Shown: positions 40,114 through 49,709 of the stretch, one piece after another
How the letters are laid out: each line of letters starts with the position of its first letter
Position numbering within the stretch: the stretch's first letter is position 1
IMG/VR virus record: IMGVR_UViG_3300025066_000012
Coordinates: 32,001-96,000 of that record
Source of the DNA: a virus
Lineage: Duplodnaviria; Caudoviricetes
Reading direction: 5' to 3' (one strand)
Length of the DNA stretch: 64,000 bases
Notes under the pieces: model-generated
What the model was told of the DNA's origin: nothing
Seen by the model: only the letters and a program-made list of their open reading frames with translations
Database searches by the model: none
Position numbers and translations under genes: made by a program

Positions 40114-40273
40114 TCTTTCTGCCGCCCCTGCGACCTATAACCTCAACCTTAAGATTCGGATTCATTCTAATCATTTCAACATGATCAAGCGGAACTCCGA
40201 CATGCTCGAAAACTACCTTTGTGTCTTTGTTGACAACTCTTATGTTTAAGTAAGTCTCTCTTTTTGATCTCAT
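40088..40273 (-). CDS. Small basic hypothetical protein
   Basis: Coupled ORF. Confidence 0.6.
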   Translation of the reverse strand: MRSKRETYLNIRVVNKDTKVVFEHVGVPLDHVEMIRMNPNLKVEVIGRRGGRKNDRKTTDR

Positions 40274-40283
40274 CTTGTTATCC

Positions 40284-41213
40284 TTATTGGGCGTTTTGCA
40301 TTAGTCTTTCGACTCGCTCCGTTAGCCAGCGATTATTAACCTGTGATACCGCTGGTAAAATCCACGGCAGATTATCTGTTGATATTGCCTCCGCAACACT
40401 CTCTAGGAGTTCTCGGTCAGGTACACTTGCAAATAAGATAATCAGCGATTCAAAATAATCCACATTTTTTGTGATATCAGCCTCCAAACCCTTATTCTGT
40501 TCATATCGAAGACTATACTTGAGGTTATTAATCTTGTCAGATAGCAAGCGCGTTACCTGCCTCTTTAAAGAGATCGGGGCAGACTTAGCAATCTTCCTAA
40601 TAAGACCCTCTGACAAGGCCTCGTTTTCTGCGGCAGAAGATACAATATTGTATTTAATATCGACTCCGCCAACCTGTCTCTTGACTTTCGAGAAACAGAA
40701 GTCATAAAAGTTTGAGTCCTTAGAGTTGAGTAGTCCATGCGCCTTTAGCGTTTCAGCACATTTATCATTTCCACGAAGTTCTGCGCCTGTCAGAGCCTCT
40801 AAGTAATCATAGCCTGCATCAACGAATGGCTGAATCCGCAGCTTCGTAGAGAGAAAATCCCAAGCATCTTCCTGTTCGGTATCTTCCTCGGAGAGGAACC
40901 AGTACAGTTTTGATATCCACTTCATTGAAAACTCAGCAGAAAGATTCATCTTATAATAAGAACCGCTGGAGGCTGTTGCACAACTGAGTATCTGTTCCAA
41001 TAGAACACTCTGTTTGTCTGGAAAATTCTTCCAGATATACTCGAATGTATCGTCATTAATAATCTTACTCGATTCGGGAGTCGAGTAATAGCCTCCCATA
41101 TTTTTAAGAGCCTGACTAACTGCGTATGCCAAGATATCCTTCTGGCTCGGACTAACAATCGGATTGCCACTATCAAAAGTATCAAGTTTAGATGGCATAT
41201 TTATATTCTCCAA
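40284..41213 (-). CDS. Helical-repeat hypothetical protein (paralog family)
   Basis: C-terminus LPWILP...RWLTERVERLM. Confidence 0.75.
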   Translation of the reverse strand: MENINMPSKLDTFDSGNPIVSPSQKDILAYAVSQALKNMGGYYSTPESSKIINDDTFEYIWKNFPDKQSVLLEQILSCATASSGSYYKMNLSAEFSMKWISKLYWFLSEEDTEQEDAWDFLSTKLRIQPFVDAGYDYLEALTGAELRGNDKCAETLKAHGLLNSKDSNFYDFCFSKVKRQVGGVDIKYNIVSSAAENEALSEGLIRKIAKSAPISLKRQVTRLLSDKINNLKYSLRYEQNKGLEADITKNVDYFESLIILFASVPDRELLESVAEAISTDNLPWILPAVSQVNNRWLTERVERLMQNAQ

Positions 41214-41234
41214 AATCTATCGTATGAAATGTTA

Positions 41235-41981
41235 TTAAAAACTCGTAGCATGACTCATTCTTTCTTCCACAATTTTCGATACCCATCTTGACTTTAGATT
41301 TCTGTTAGCCAGGATAAGGGGCAGTGATGCAGTAGAAACCTTTGAAACCATTATTGCAAATGGCCTTTTGGCAATCTCTTTTGTTATCGCAACCTCTAAG
41401 CCCTTGTATCCAAACGGTGCCGCCATTGCCCCCATCACCCTAATGTCTGCCATTTTATCTGTTAACATTTCATCTAAACACTCGACTGCGCCGAGTCTTC
41501 CGAATACTATTTTGCGTATCTTCATATCACCATCATTCTTTAGAGTCCGCAAAGTATCTATAGAACAATGTTGTGCCGCAAACATTCTCTCATCAGTAAT
41601 CTTTGACTTTGCAAATTTATTTACAAATGATATATCTGAATAAAACCCATTATCCAAACAGTATTTTCTGGCAGAAGGAAGCTTTGATTTCTTGATGATC
41701 TGATCACCCAACTGTGGAAACCTGCTAATGGAAGCTCTAATAAATCGATTTACAAAAGTCCGTAAATAATAACCCTGATTATAGCTAGCATAGCCATAGC
41801 TCACATTAGAATCGGAATTTTTAATAACCTCAAATCCAGCATCTGTTAGGAGCAGCGCTTTGGCTTGGCCGAGAGTGATATTATCACAAACCTTATCACT
41901 TTTGTCTCGAAAGGCGGACCAATCATCAGCCTCTAAAACAGCGTCAATGTTACTAAAAAATTTAAGATTCTTACTCGCCAT
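41235..41981 (-). CDS. Helical (HEAT/LRV-like) repeat protein (paralog family)
   Basis: L..LKND.D.KIR / L.D...DIR repeats; C-terminus LPLIL...RWVSKIVEERM. Confidence 0.75.
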   Translation of the reverse strand: MASKNLKFFSNIDAVLEADDWSAFRDKSDKVCDNITLGQAKALLLTDAGFEVIKNSDSNVSYGYASYNQGYYLRTFVNRFIRASISRFPQLGDQIIKKSKLPSARKYCLDNGFYSDISFVNKFAKSKITDERMFAAQHCSIDTLRTLKNDGDMKIRKIVFGRLGAVECLDEMLTDKMADIRVMGAMAAPFGYKGLEVAITKEIAKRPFAIMVSKVSTASLPLILANRNLKSRWVSKIVEERMSHATSF

Positions 41982-42810
41982 CTTTGTTTCCCATTCTTAA
42001 GCTATCAATACTTTCAGTTGTAAATCCTGCTGCGTTTCTATGTCCACCGCCGCCGAATTCAAGAGCTACCTCTGACACATCTATTCCATTTTCTTTTGAC
42101 CTTAAAGAGAACCTGTATCTATATCCATCGAAAAAATAAACCGCAGCGTAATCTGCGCCTTCACTTAAAATATTCCCTATCTCTGATTGAAAGCAGGAAG
42201 AGTTTACGGCAATTACTTCGTCGCCAAGGATGTTTACCTTATGAGCATTCGAAACTACTGTTTTTATAATAGAGTTCTTATACTTTAAGATATCCCTTCC
42301 GGACTCCACCATTTGATACCAGCCACTAGAGTATATCATTCCAATCTTGTTATTTAGATTGTCCCAATTTGCAAAGGATCTATCATAGGAATCAACAACA
42401 CTTAAGATTTCTTTTGAATTTGGAATAGCCCAAGTCCACAAATCTCTGTCTTGAACGTGCTGAATCAGTGCTGGAACCGGAATATCCTTGAATAGATATT
42501 TCCACGCCAATACTGCTCCCGACTGATGCATATCAAAGTGGCAGTATTTTAAATCTGCACAAGCTTTCTCTGCCGTCTTATGGTGGTCTAAGACCACAAT
42601 GCTGGCGGCATCCCTTGCTATCTCCCTCATTATAGGCTCAGGGTAACAAAAGTCCACAATAAATACACTGCGGCCTTTGACGTTCGGAGGCTTGCAGTTG
42701 TGAAAGACCGGAACATATGTTGCTCCGCTCCCATATTTTTGATAGAATGACCATGCAGCACCAAATCCGTCTGGACAGCCCGCATGATACAGAATCATTA
42801 TTTTTGCCAA
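41971..42810 (-). CDS. DHH/DHHA1 phosphoesterase
   Basis: YH..CPDG, VDF, LDHH, DRDLW, SLRS, GGGHRNAAGF. Confidence 0.93.
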   Translation of the reverse strand: MAKIMILYHAGCPDGFGAAWSFYQKYGSGATYVPVFHNCKPPNVKGRSVFIVDFCYPEPIMREIARDAASIVVLDHHKTAEKACADLKYCHFDMHQSGAVLAWKYLFKDIPVPALIQHVQDRDLWTWAIPNSKEILSVVDSYDRSFANWDNLNNKIGMIYSSGWYQMVESGRDILKYKNSIIKTVVSNAHKVNILGDEVIAVNSSCFQSEIGNILSEGADYAAVYFFDGYRYRFSLRSKENGIDVSEVALEFGGGGHRNAAGFTTESIDSLRMGNKDGE

Positions 42811-43830
42811 TTAAACCTCCTTCGGAGAGTGTGAATACTTAATGCTTTTCACAAGAGGACACTCGTTTGTAATAATGAGTGTTATCGCCTTAGACATAGC
42901 ATCAAAGGTTTTAAAGGTTCTAAGAGAATTCTCACTGAACATCTTAAACTTTTTAAGCTTTTTTAAAATATCACACTTGCTTATCACAAGATTCGTTGTT
43001 CCAGTAAGATTGATCGACGCTATTAACATATCCAAGTTTAGCCAATTAACTTTTCTCGGCCTACCAGTCGTTACGCCAAACTCTTCTCCCAAAGAAGCAA
43101 TCTTTGAAAGCTCAGGATCTTCAAGTAAGCTAGAAGGAAATCTTGGATCTTCGCCAGACCTAGTATCATAAATCTTCGCAGCACCCCAAATGTTTTCAAT
43201 CTTCTGCGGAGGAAATCCCACAGAACATGCGGCATATGGAAGTGTGGTAGACGAAGTTACATACGGATAAAGTCCGTAATCAATATCAAGCCAAACTCCC
43301 TGAGCCCCCTCACATAATACATTTCCACTTAATTTTTCATCCCAAATAATATCTGGAGACAAAACATCTTTAGCTAAGATTCCGGTTCTAGCAGATTTAT
43401 CAGCATAGCAAGGAGCAATACCTTTGCTTGTTGTTCCTAGCTTTGCAGCTAGATGCCTCTTATCATAAGCGATATGCTTATCAGTTACAATGTGGCATCT
43501 TGGAGAAACCTTGACCAAGCTTGTGTCGAATCCATTATCTTCTAAATAGGATAATTCCTTCATAAAAGACTTCGGATGAAGAACACACCCAGGACCAACA
43601 ACAGAGGCTATTCCATAGAATACGCCGGATGGAACAAGGTGAGTGCTATACTTTTTATCATCAACCCAAACTGTGTGTCCTGCGTTGTTTCCTCCCGCCC
43701 ACCTTACAACGAAATTATACTTACCACTACTCGCCAAGTAGGCTGTAATCTTTCCTTTTGCTTCATCACTGGGGTTTTAACCCCAGGCTAAACCAATTAC
43801 AATATCTGCAAAATTGACTAACCTGGACAT
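42811..43830 (-). CDS. purA: Adenylosuccinate synthetase (short form), interrupted after codon 17 by a 12-nt TAA-containing insert
   Basis: AAGGAGGT SD plus MSRLVNFADIVIGLAWG[*NPS]DEAKGK...GGNNAGHT, HLVPSG, GTTSKGIAPCY.DK, EGAQG..LDIDYG.YPYVTSS, GVTTGRPR. Confidence 0.93.
43769..43786 (-). other. Stop-in-loop hairpin CTGGGGT-TAAA-ACCCCAG inside purA
   Basis: Perfect 7-bp stem with 4-nt loop starting with the in-frame TAA (43779-43777). Confidence 0.85.
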
Positions 43831-43924
43831 AAAAGCACCTCCTTTTCTTTCTTCTGCCTTGGGGTGTTAAGGTTTTTTCTACTAATTTCAAGGCAAATAG
43901 TAGAGGCCACTATTACATACCAGA

Positions 43925-44497
43925 CTATCCGACTGGCTCGATAAAAATAACTTTTTGGATTTTTGTCGGTCGCTTAAAGAAAGAGATTCCTTCTCCATGA
44001 CTTGTTAGCTGGCCGGAGAACGAAATAGAATCTCCTTTGTCAAAGTCATGTGCCTTACTTGTTTTAAAGTAATACTTCCACCCATTCTTGTCAATGCAAA
44101 TTAGGGCTGGCATTGGAAACTCCACATTCATTTTTGGCTCCACAATCTTTTCAACAATTACTGGTCCGATTAGATTCCTGGCTCCGACAATAAGCGCGGT
44201 AGGGGGATCTAAGACCATAGCTTTCATTTGAGATTGAGCCCACTTATTAAGTGAGTTAATCCAGTTGTCTGACAATCTATAAGGATTATTGCAGATAACG
44301 TCCTGACTGGACGTTAAGAATGAATTGCTTGGACTATTCTTTAGGCCGACTGCTAGCAGCGGAATGACCATTGGGTCGAGCTTATCTAGCTTTTCTTGAC
44401 CGAGCTTATCTTGCTTCTTAGGGTCGGCTTTCGCCCTCTTCTCTCTGATCTTAGGTTTAGGATTTGACGAGGGACTACTGCCGAATATCTTAATCAT
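43925..44497 (-). CDS. Hypothetical protein, possible C-terminal OB-fold
   Basis: ORF; start set to the ATG at 44497 after GGAAGG. Confidence 0.7.
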   Translation of the reverse strand: MIKIFGSSPSSNPKPKIREKRAKADPKKQDKLGQEKLDKLDPMVIPLLAVGLKNSPSNSFLTSSQDVICNNPYRLSDNWINSLNKWAQSQMKAMVLDPPTALIVGARNLIGPVIVEKIVEPKMNVEFPMPALICIDKNGWKYYFKTSKAHDFDKGDSISFSGQLTSHGEGISFFKRPTKIQKVIFIEPVG

Positions 44498-44526
44498 AAA
44501 GCCTTCCGTACTATACTCCACCCGAA

Positions 44527-44556
44527 TATAGTACGGAAATGCATTGTTTCAGAAAA
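44527..44556 (-). promoter_or_regulatory. Phage promoter motif A, degenerate copy
   Basis: TTTTCTGAAAC-N10-CGTACTATA. Confidence 0.6.
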
Positions 44557-45948
44557 TTATTTAGTAGACCTTGCTCTGAGATCTCTTCGGGCCTTGTCCG
44601 CCCTATCTCTGCCGCGAGTTCTTTCCAGCGGGTTGATGCCCCGAGAAGACCTCCTTTGGCCGGCAATGCTCTGACGATACATTCTTCTCGCAGCAGCATT
44701 AGACGGTCCGGGCAGTTCCTGCCTTACCCTTCTCATCAGCTTTCTCTGCTCTATATTGGTTAGATAGCTCGTTCCATCTCTCTTTATGCTTCTTTCAGAA
44801 AGAGGCGTTAATTTATTTGGCTTACTCGGATCTGATGCATAGAATACTTCACCATCAGTCTTTCTCATATAGAGATTACCATCTGAAATAAAATCTGCGC
44901 TATTGAAAGTAGGTGTTGCTGGTGCAGCAGCCTGTGGTCTATAGAACTGTAACTTCATTTCCATCTTTGGATTCTTAGCTTTATCTGCAAGATACGCCTT
45001 ATGGATATAATCTTTTTGAGCATTATTCAGATCATTATAATCCTCTATATCATTTACAGTTCTTTTAGCTGCTTTATAAAAATCATTTCTAGCAGCCAAA
45101 ACCATCTCCGGATCTCCATCAGGGAACTTCATATATGCATTATATATTGTAGCCTTTGTGGCATTAGCCGTCTGAGTCTGAGCTGGCTGAGCTGGCTGAG
45201 CTGGCTGAGCTGGAGCAATCTGATTCAACCTAGCTAAAGCTTGAACTGGAGTTAAATCAGTTGACTGAGTAGCTGTAGTTTTTTCTTTGGTAGCGTCATT
45301 CCACGCCCTAGAAGTCTTCGGACCCCATTTCCCATCTGGATCTAATTGATTTCCATCTGAATCTTTAGCGCCAAGAGCATTTAATTTATTCTGAACATCA
45401 GTCCAATTAGCAGATCCCTGCTGCTGCTGACTCTGCGACTGCTGACTCTGCGACTGCTGACTCTGCGACTGCTGACTCTGATTGCCAACAGCGGGATTTA
45501 ACCATTTCCCAGCAACTGGATCAAAATTAGTTTTATTGATAGTTCCATCGATTATCATCAGGGCTATATGCTCCTCGGTGCCTGAAAAATCAGCTTTTGT
45601 CGCATCTATTACATCTGCTGACGACTTATCGGTTCCATAAAACAATGCCGCATAAACTTCTCCATCGTCAGTCCCCCAACCTTTGACGGCAGCGTCAAAC
45701 ATTGCTGTCGCGCCTGACGCAGAGCCCAAAACCTTGTAATGATCAGAGACCTTGTGATATTTCCAATAGTATTCCACCGAAGACCAAGTTACATACGGAT
45801 ATTTAGTTTTATTTGGATAATTGGTTTGAGCTGGACTCAGCGAACCCATCTGTTGAGCTAAGGATAATATGTTATTCTTGAAATCTTCATACCCAGACTT
45901 GCCCAAAGCTTTTGCTAATTTTAGTAATTCATTCTTTGCATTAACCAT
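44557..45948 (-). CDS. Probable virion protein: helical leader, annexin-like motif, peptidoglycan-binding domain, Q-rich linkers, Arg-rich tail
   Basis: ELLKLAKALGKSG; AVKGWGTDD; VQNKLNALG...DGKWGPKT; (QSQSQ)n; (PAQ)n. Confidence 0.65.
   Translation of the reverse strand: MVNAKNELLKLAKALGKSGYEDFKNNILSLAQQMGSLSPAQTNYPNKTKYPYVTWSSVEYYWKYHKVSDHYKVLGSASGATAMFDAAVKGWGTDDGEVYAALFYGTDKSSADVIDATKADFSGTEEHIALMIIDGTINKTNFDPVAGKWLNPAVGNQSQQSQSQQSQSQQSQSQQQQGSANWTDVQNKLNALGAKDSDGNQLDPDGKWGPKTSRAWNDATKEKTTATQSTDLTPVQALARLNQIAPAQPAQPAQPAQTQTANATKATIYNAYMKFPDGDPEMVLAARNDFYKAAKRTVNDIEDYNDLNNAQKDYIHKAYLADKAKNPKMEMKLQFYRPQAAAPATPTFNSADFISDGNLYMRKTDGEVFYASDPSKPNKLTPLSERSIKRDGTSYLTNIEQRKLMRRVRQELPGPSNAAARRMYRQSIAGQRRSSRGINPLERTRGRDRADKARRDLRARSTK
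45178..45481 (-). repeat. Coding tandem repeats: 9-nt (PAQ) and 15-nt (QQSQS) units
   Basis: ctgagctgg x4 near 45178-45213; ctgctgactctgcga x3-4 near 45424-45481. Confidence 0.9.
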
Positions 45949-45950
45949 TG

Positions 45951-46646
45951 TTACTCCATAGTCCTTATATCGGATATAATTTCTTTATAAACTTCTTTTT
46001 TCGCATTAGAAATTAAATTATCCATATTAATTCTTTTTTCTAACATTATTTTCTGAGCTTTACTCAGCCCTTCTTTTACATTAATTAATATAATATTATT
46101 AGAATTGCTAAATTTTGAAAAATAAATAGATCCAGTACTTTTCTTTAGCCAAATTTTACCATTATCTGCAACATAATAATCTTTCTTTATTAAATCATAA
46201 TCTTTATTATTCGACAGAGACATTAAGAAGTCAAAGAAGTCAAAGTCTTTCGAGCTAAAATCATTATCTTTCTTTTTTCTGTCAATATTAATCGGATGCT
46301 TATCTTCTTCAACATCAATTATAGAGGGCCCGCCAAAGCCACCCTTATGTCCTGCCTCGGCATCTTGTCCATCAATATCGTAAGAGTCTCTTTCTCGAAA
46401 CCCCAAATGTCCATCGGTTGCACCGCCAGGAACATCGAGAAGTCCCAGGGCTTCTTTGTACAGAGTATTCAGCCTTTGTTTACTTGTAGATTTTTTGCCC
46501 GGTTCGCCCTCGGCCTTATTGGTAAATATGCTTTCATCTGGACCGAACACAACTCGGTTTACATCCGGAGTCCTCTCTCGAATCACCGGGCCTCCCTCAT
46601 AGTATTCTATGAGATCTAATAAACTTAGTTCTTCGCCCTCTTCCAT
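45951..46646 (-). CDS. Hypothetical protein
   Basis: 231-aa ORF. Confidence 0.75.
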   Translation of the reverse strand: MEEGEELSLLDLIEYYEGGPVIRERTPDVNRVVFGPDESIFTNKAEGEPGKKSTSKQRLNTLYKEALGLLDVPGGATDGHLGFRERDSYDIDGQDAEAGHKGGFGGPSIIDVEEDKHPINIDRKKKDNDFSSKDFDFFDFLMSLSNNKDYDLIKKDYYVADNGKIWLKKSTGSIYFSKFSNSNNIILINVKEGLSKAQKIMLEKRINMDNLISNAKKEVYKEIISDIRTME

Positions 46647-46676
46647 AACTTATGTTTACCCAATAAGGTATAGTTA

Positions 46677-48029
46677 CTATCTGCTAAACTTTGGCATTCC
46701 GGAGCTAAAGGCGGATGATAGGCTACTAACAACATCGTCCATTGCCTTGTTTGCTACGGCTGTTGGCTCAGTTACACTCTGACCCAGCCAGGCTGGCGCT
46801 ACATATTCTGTCGATCTATCATCCTCTAGGGCCTTCAGAGAACTTAACGCTGACTGATCTTTGCTCTCTAAGTCTTTTAGGAGCTTAAGCAGGCCACCCC
46901 AATTTCCGGGATAGCTTCCGGGCTTAGAAACACCTTCCACAGAGATAGTCCTAAAGCCTGAGCCCCAACTCATAACCTGCTTAACTCCGGCGGTTCCCTC
47001 TGGAACAAGGTGTTTGTCATACTTCGTTAGGAAGCTCTCAAGATTATCTCTTGTATCACGGTTCCATTTTCCAGTCGCCTCTGCTCCTACCAAAGTCTGT
47101 ATACTCTGAAGAGGGCCTCCGGTCCGAGTAGCCTTAGCTTGTGACCCATCACTCTTCGCATTTATCTTATCTATTGCGCTACGAATAAGCCAATCAAAGT
47201 TTGGAATCTCCCTAAGAACAGCCTCCTTAAAGCCTCTTCCTCCCTCCGTAGCAGAGAAGTTTGGATCAGACCAAAGACGAGAGACGTGCGAGACCATGAA
47301 GTCGTCTTCTTGGTTGTCATAATAGTCGACGTCCAGATCGTCGGGGTCGCCAACTTTATATTTAGCCAGATCGGCACTAAGAAGTTTTTTATTCCAAATA
47401 TTAAGTGCGACTTGCTCCTCTTGAGAAAAATCTATTCCCTTCTGAACGCTCTTTCTGGTCGGCATTTCTGCAAGCTTTATATTTGAAGCTATAATTGAGT
47501 CTAGTTTATCTGCGAGTTTTATTTCACCAATTTCATCTAGATGGTTGGCTAATTTTTGTAATTCTTTAAGCATGTTTAAATTCCTTCCTTTAATGTTATT
47601 AAACGTTAATAATGACGAGCTAGAATTTAATCCGCTCTGTATAGTTGATTCGGATTGTCTCTCGGCAGCTTCCGCCGCAGCTTCGCCGCCTGGAAATCCA
47701 GTCTCTGTATCAAAATCTTCAATGTGGCCATATTCGTGAACCAATGTTTTTGCGACCATCTCTATAATTGATTCAACCTCATCTTCACTAGCATTTGGCG
47801 GAAACTTAGATAAAACAAAATGTATCTTATCGATCTTCCCATCGTTATTCTTGTCTTCCGAAGATACATAGGCTATAGCATTTGGGTTATCAGCCGGGGG
47901 AGAATGATCCCATACTATTTGGTTTGCACTATTTAGCATAGCTATAATTTCAGGCCGCAGTCCAATAGACTTAACCCTCTCTACAACTTGCGGCCAGTAA
48001 TGCGGACCTTGTGCTCTCTTCTTTAGCAT
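46677..48029 (-). CDS. HExxH metalloprotease-like domain fused to a leader-bearing probable virion protein; internal start at 47573
   Basis: TLVHEYGH...GEAAAE; AGGAAGGA SD before internal MLKELQKLANHLDEIG; PG-binding-like IQTLVG..ATGKW..DT. Confidence 0.7.
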   Translation of the reverse strand: MLKKRAQGPHYWPQVVERVKSIGLRPEIIAMLNSANQIVWDHSPPADNPNAIAYVSSEDKNNDGKIDKIHFVLSKFPPNASEDEVESIIEMVAKTLVHEYGHIEDFDTETGFPGGEAAAEAAERQSESTIQSGLNSSSSLLTFNNIKGRNLNMLKELQKLANHLDEIGEIKLADKLDSIIASNIKLAEMPTRKSVQKGIDFSQEEQVALNIWNKKLLSADLAKYKVGDPDDLDVDYYDNQEDDFMVSHVSRLWSDPNFSATEGGRGFKEAVLREIPNFDWLIRSAIDKINAKSDGSQAKATRTGGPLQSIQTLVGAEATGKWNRDTRDNLESFLTKYDKHLVPEGTAGVKQVMSWGSGFRTISVEGVSKPGSYPGNWGGLLKLLKDLESKDQSALSSLKALEDDRSTEYVAPAWLGQSVTEPTAVANKAMDDVVSSLSSAFSSGMPKFSR

Positions 48030-48035
48030 ACTTCC

Positions 48036-48455
48036 TTATAAACCTTTTGGATCAATTATTCTTGGCTTTGATGGCCTAAAATATCGAGTAGTTGTCCCTA
48101 TGATATCAATAGAACCTGGCCTAATAATAGAAAAGAAGAAGTGAAATGGCCTAGATGATGCCGCCTCTCTTCTGATTTCTATCCAAGTTCTTTGCCTAGA
48201 CGCTATATCTGACTGATTTCCAAGAAACATATGCACGATATTTTGTGCGTTCGCTCTAAAGTCTTGAGCTATAACTTCATTTAGTTCAGGATTATGAAGA
48301 CCATATAGCACGTCCCTTCTGTCTCCCCACTCTTTACCAAAATAACGTCTGTATTTCATCCTAACAGTAGTAGAAACTCTTATAGGAAGGCCAGATCTAG
48401 GGTCTGTAACTCCTGAATCTTCAAGTCCTGCATTTTTTACAAATCCATTATCCAT
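48036..48455 (-). CDS. Hypothetical protein
   Basis: 139-aa ORF after motif B. Confidence 0.7.
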   Translation of the reverse strand: MDNGFVKNAGLEDSGVTDPRSGLPIRVSTTVRMKYRRYFGKEWGDRRDVLYGLHNPELNEVIAQDFRANAQNIVHMFLGNQSDIASRQRTWIEIRREAASSRPFHFFFSIIRPGSIDIIGTTTRYFRPSKPRIIDPKGL

Positions 48456-48518
48456 ATAGATATCCTACTCTTTTAGCATTAGATATTAGCAGATAAGTAT
48501 AAAAACAATAGAACGCAG

Positions 48519-48550
48519 AAAGCCCCGATTGCCTAGGCAATCGGGGCTTT
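48519..48550. terminator. Perfect 32-bp palindrome, probably a bidirectional terminator
   Basis: AAAGCCCCGATTGCCT/AGGCAATCGGGGCTTT. Confidence 0.85.
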
Positions 48551-48568
48551 TCCTGTTTGTGGGAACGA

Positions 48569-48847
48569 TTAAAGTTCTACGTAATGAGCAAGAACCTTAT
48601 AAATAGTATCTAATCCTTCAATCTTTGGCCACTTCTCAGCCTTCTTATATCCCATCCTGATATTCTGTACACCCTCATTGGCATAATGCTCTTCAACCTT
48701 ATCGAGCCTAACTGCCATGATTGATCCGTCTACACTAATCATTAATGTATCCAGAATCTCTGGATGCTCTTCCCAATTAAACTTTCCAAAGGCATTCTTA
48801 TGCAGCGGCTCTTCGAGCCAAACAAACTCTGACATTCTATTCTCCAA
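48569..48847 (-). CDS. Hypothetical protein
   Basis: 92-aa ORF. Confidence 0.65.
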   Translation of the reverse strand: MENRMSEFVWLEEPLHKNAFGKFNWEEHPEILDTLMISVDGSIMAVRLDKVEEHYANEGVQNIRMGYKKAEKWPKIEGLDTIYKVLAHYVEL

Positions 48848-48854
48848 ACATTAC

Positions 48855-49709
48855 TTAAATAATAGCGTTAATCTTTAGCTCTGCTTCTTGCGCTCTTTCG
48901 TGAGCTTCCATTCTTCGCTCAACAAGTCCTAATACATACTGTGAATCTGTCCCCATAATCGAAGGAAGCAAGTGGATTGGGAGAGTCATCGCCAACGTAA
49001 TCAGAACCCGCTCATGCTTTGAGTCAGAGATAACCAAAACTAAATCATCATAGTTCGGGTAAAGCTCTTCGTTATCAACGAGAGCCTTAACTGCTATCTC
49101 AGATGCCTCCGCACTTGACTCGCTGCGAATCTTTCTTGCTTCCTCTTTGGTCAGACTGCCATTAGCAATGTAGGCTTTGTAAAACATTCCTCTGCATGAA
49201 AAAGCATGTTGTCCCGGTGTCTTAAACACGCTGTCTTTGACAAAGGCTTCAAATGAATCGGGTTCGTACTCTGCATACTTATTAAGAACGGACCTAACTG
49301 CGGGCTGAATATATCTTGATTTTTCCGGCCCATACTTATATGACAGGTGAAAGAGATTCTTCCAGTCAAAATCTATATTGCGCTCTGCGGCACTAAGGAT
49401 GCAGTTTGCATCCCCCCTTTTGAAATCTAAAAGATTTGATTCGATAAAACCAGTAGACGAATAAAACTCAACTCCCTTTTTAACAAAGGGAGATAATGCT
49501 ACTGAGGCTAGATTGGCGTGCCTAAGATACGATTCAAACAAAGACCTTGTTCCTTTTTCTAGAAAGTTAGTGGAACTTAATATAGAATCTATAAGACCAG
49601 AGTCAAAGACCTTGCTCTTCACATCATCTAAGTCTAGATGACTATTCGCATAACTATAACGCTCAAATAGCGCACTCAATCCAAATTGAATAATTTCATC
49701 TTTATTCAT
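48855..49709 (-). CDS. Helical-repeat hypothetical protein (paralog family)
   Basis: C-terminus LLPSIMG...YVLGLVERRM. Confidence 0.75.
   Translation of the reverse strand: MNKDEIIQFGLSALFERYSYANSHLDLDDVKSKVFDSGLIDSILSSTNFLEKGTRSLFESYLRHANLASVALSPFVKKGVEFYSSTGFIESNLLDFKRGDANCILSAAERNIDFDWKNLFHLSYKYGPEKSRYIQPAVRSVLNKYAEYEPDSFEAFVKDSVFKTPGQHAFSCRGMFYKAYIANGSLTKEEARKIRSESSAEASEIAVKALVDNEELYPNYDDLVLVISDSKHERVLITLAMTLPIHLLPSIMGTDSQYVLGLVERRMEAHERAQEAELKINAII

Noticed and set aside
43768-43782. Group I or GT-AG intron in purA
   Set aside because: It resembles a P1 helix with a UAA loop, but has U-A rather than U-G at the junction, no catalytic core, and no terminal G giving an in-frame product. 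The GT...AG span is 13 nt and would shift the frame.
42811-43830. PurZ (2-aminoadenine DNA pathway)
   Set aside because: The P-loop has Asp (G-D-E-A-K-G-K) as in PurA, not the Ser of PurZ, and no dATPase/MazZ neighbours are recognisable.
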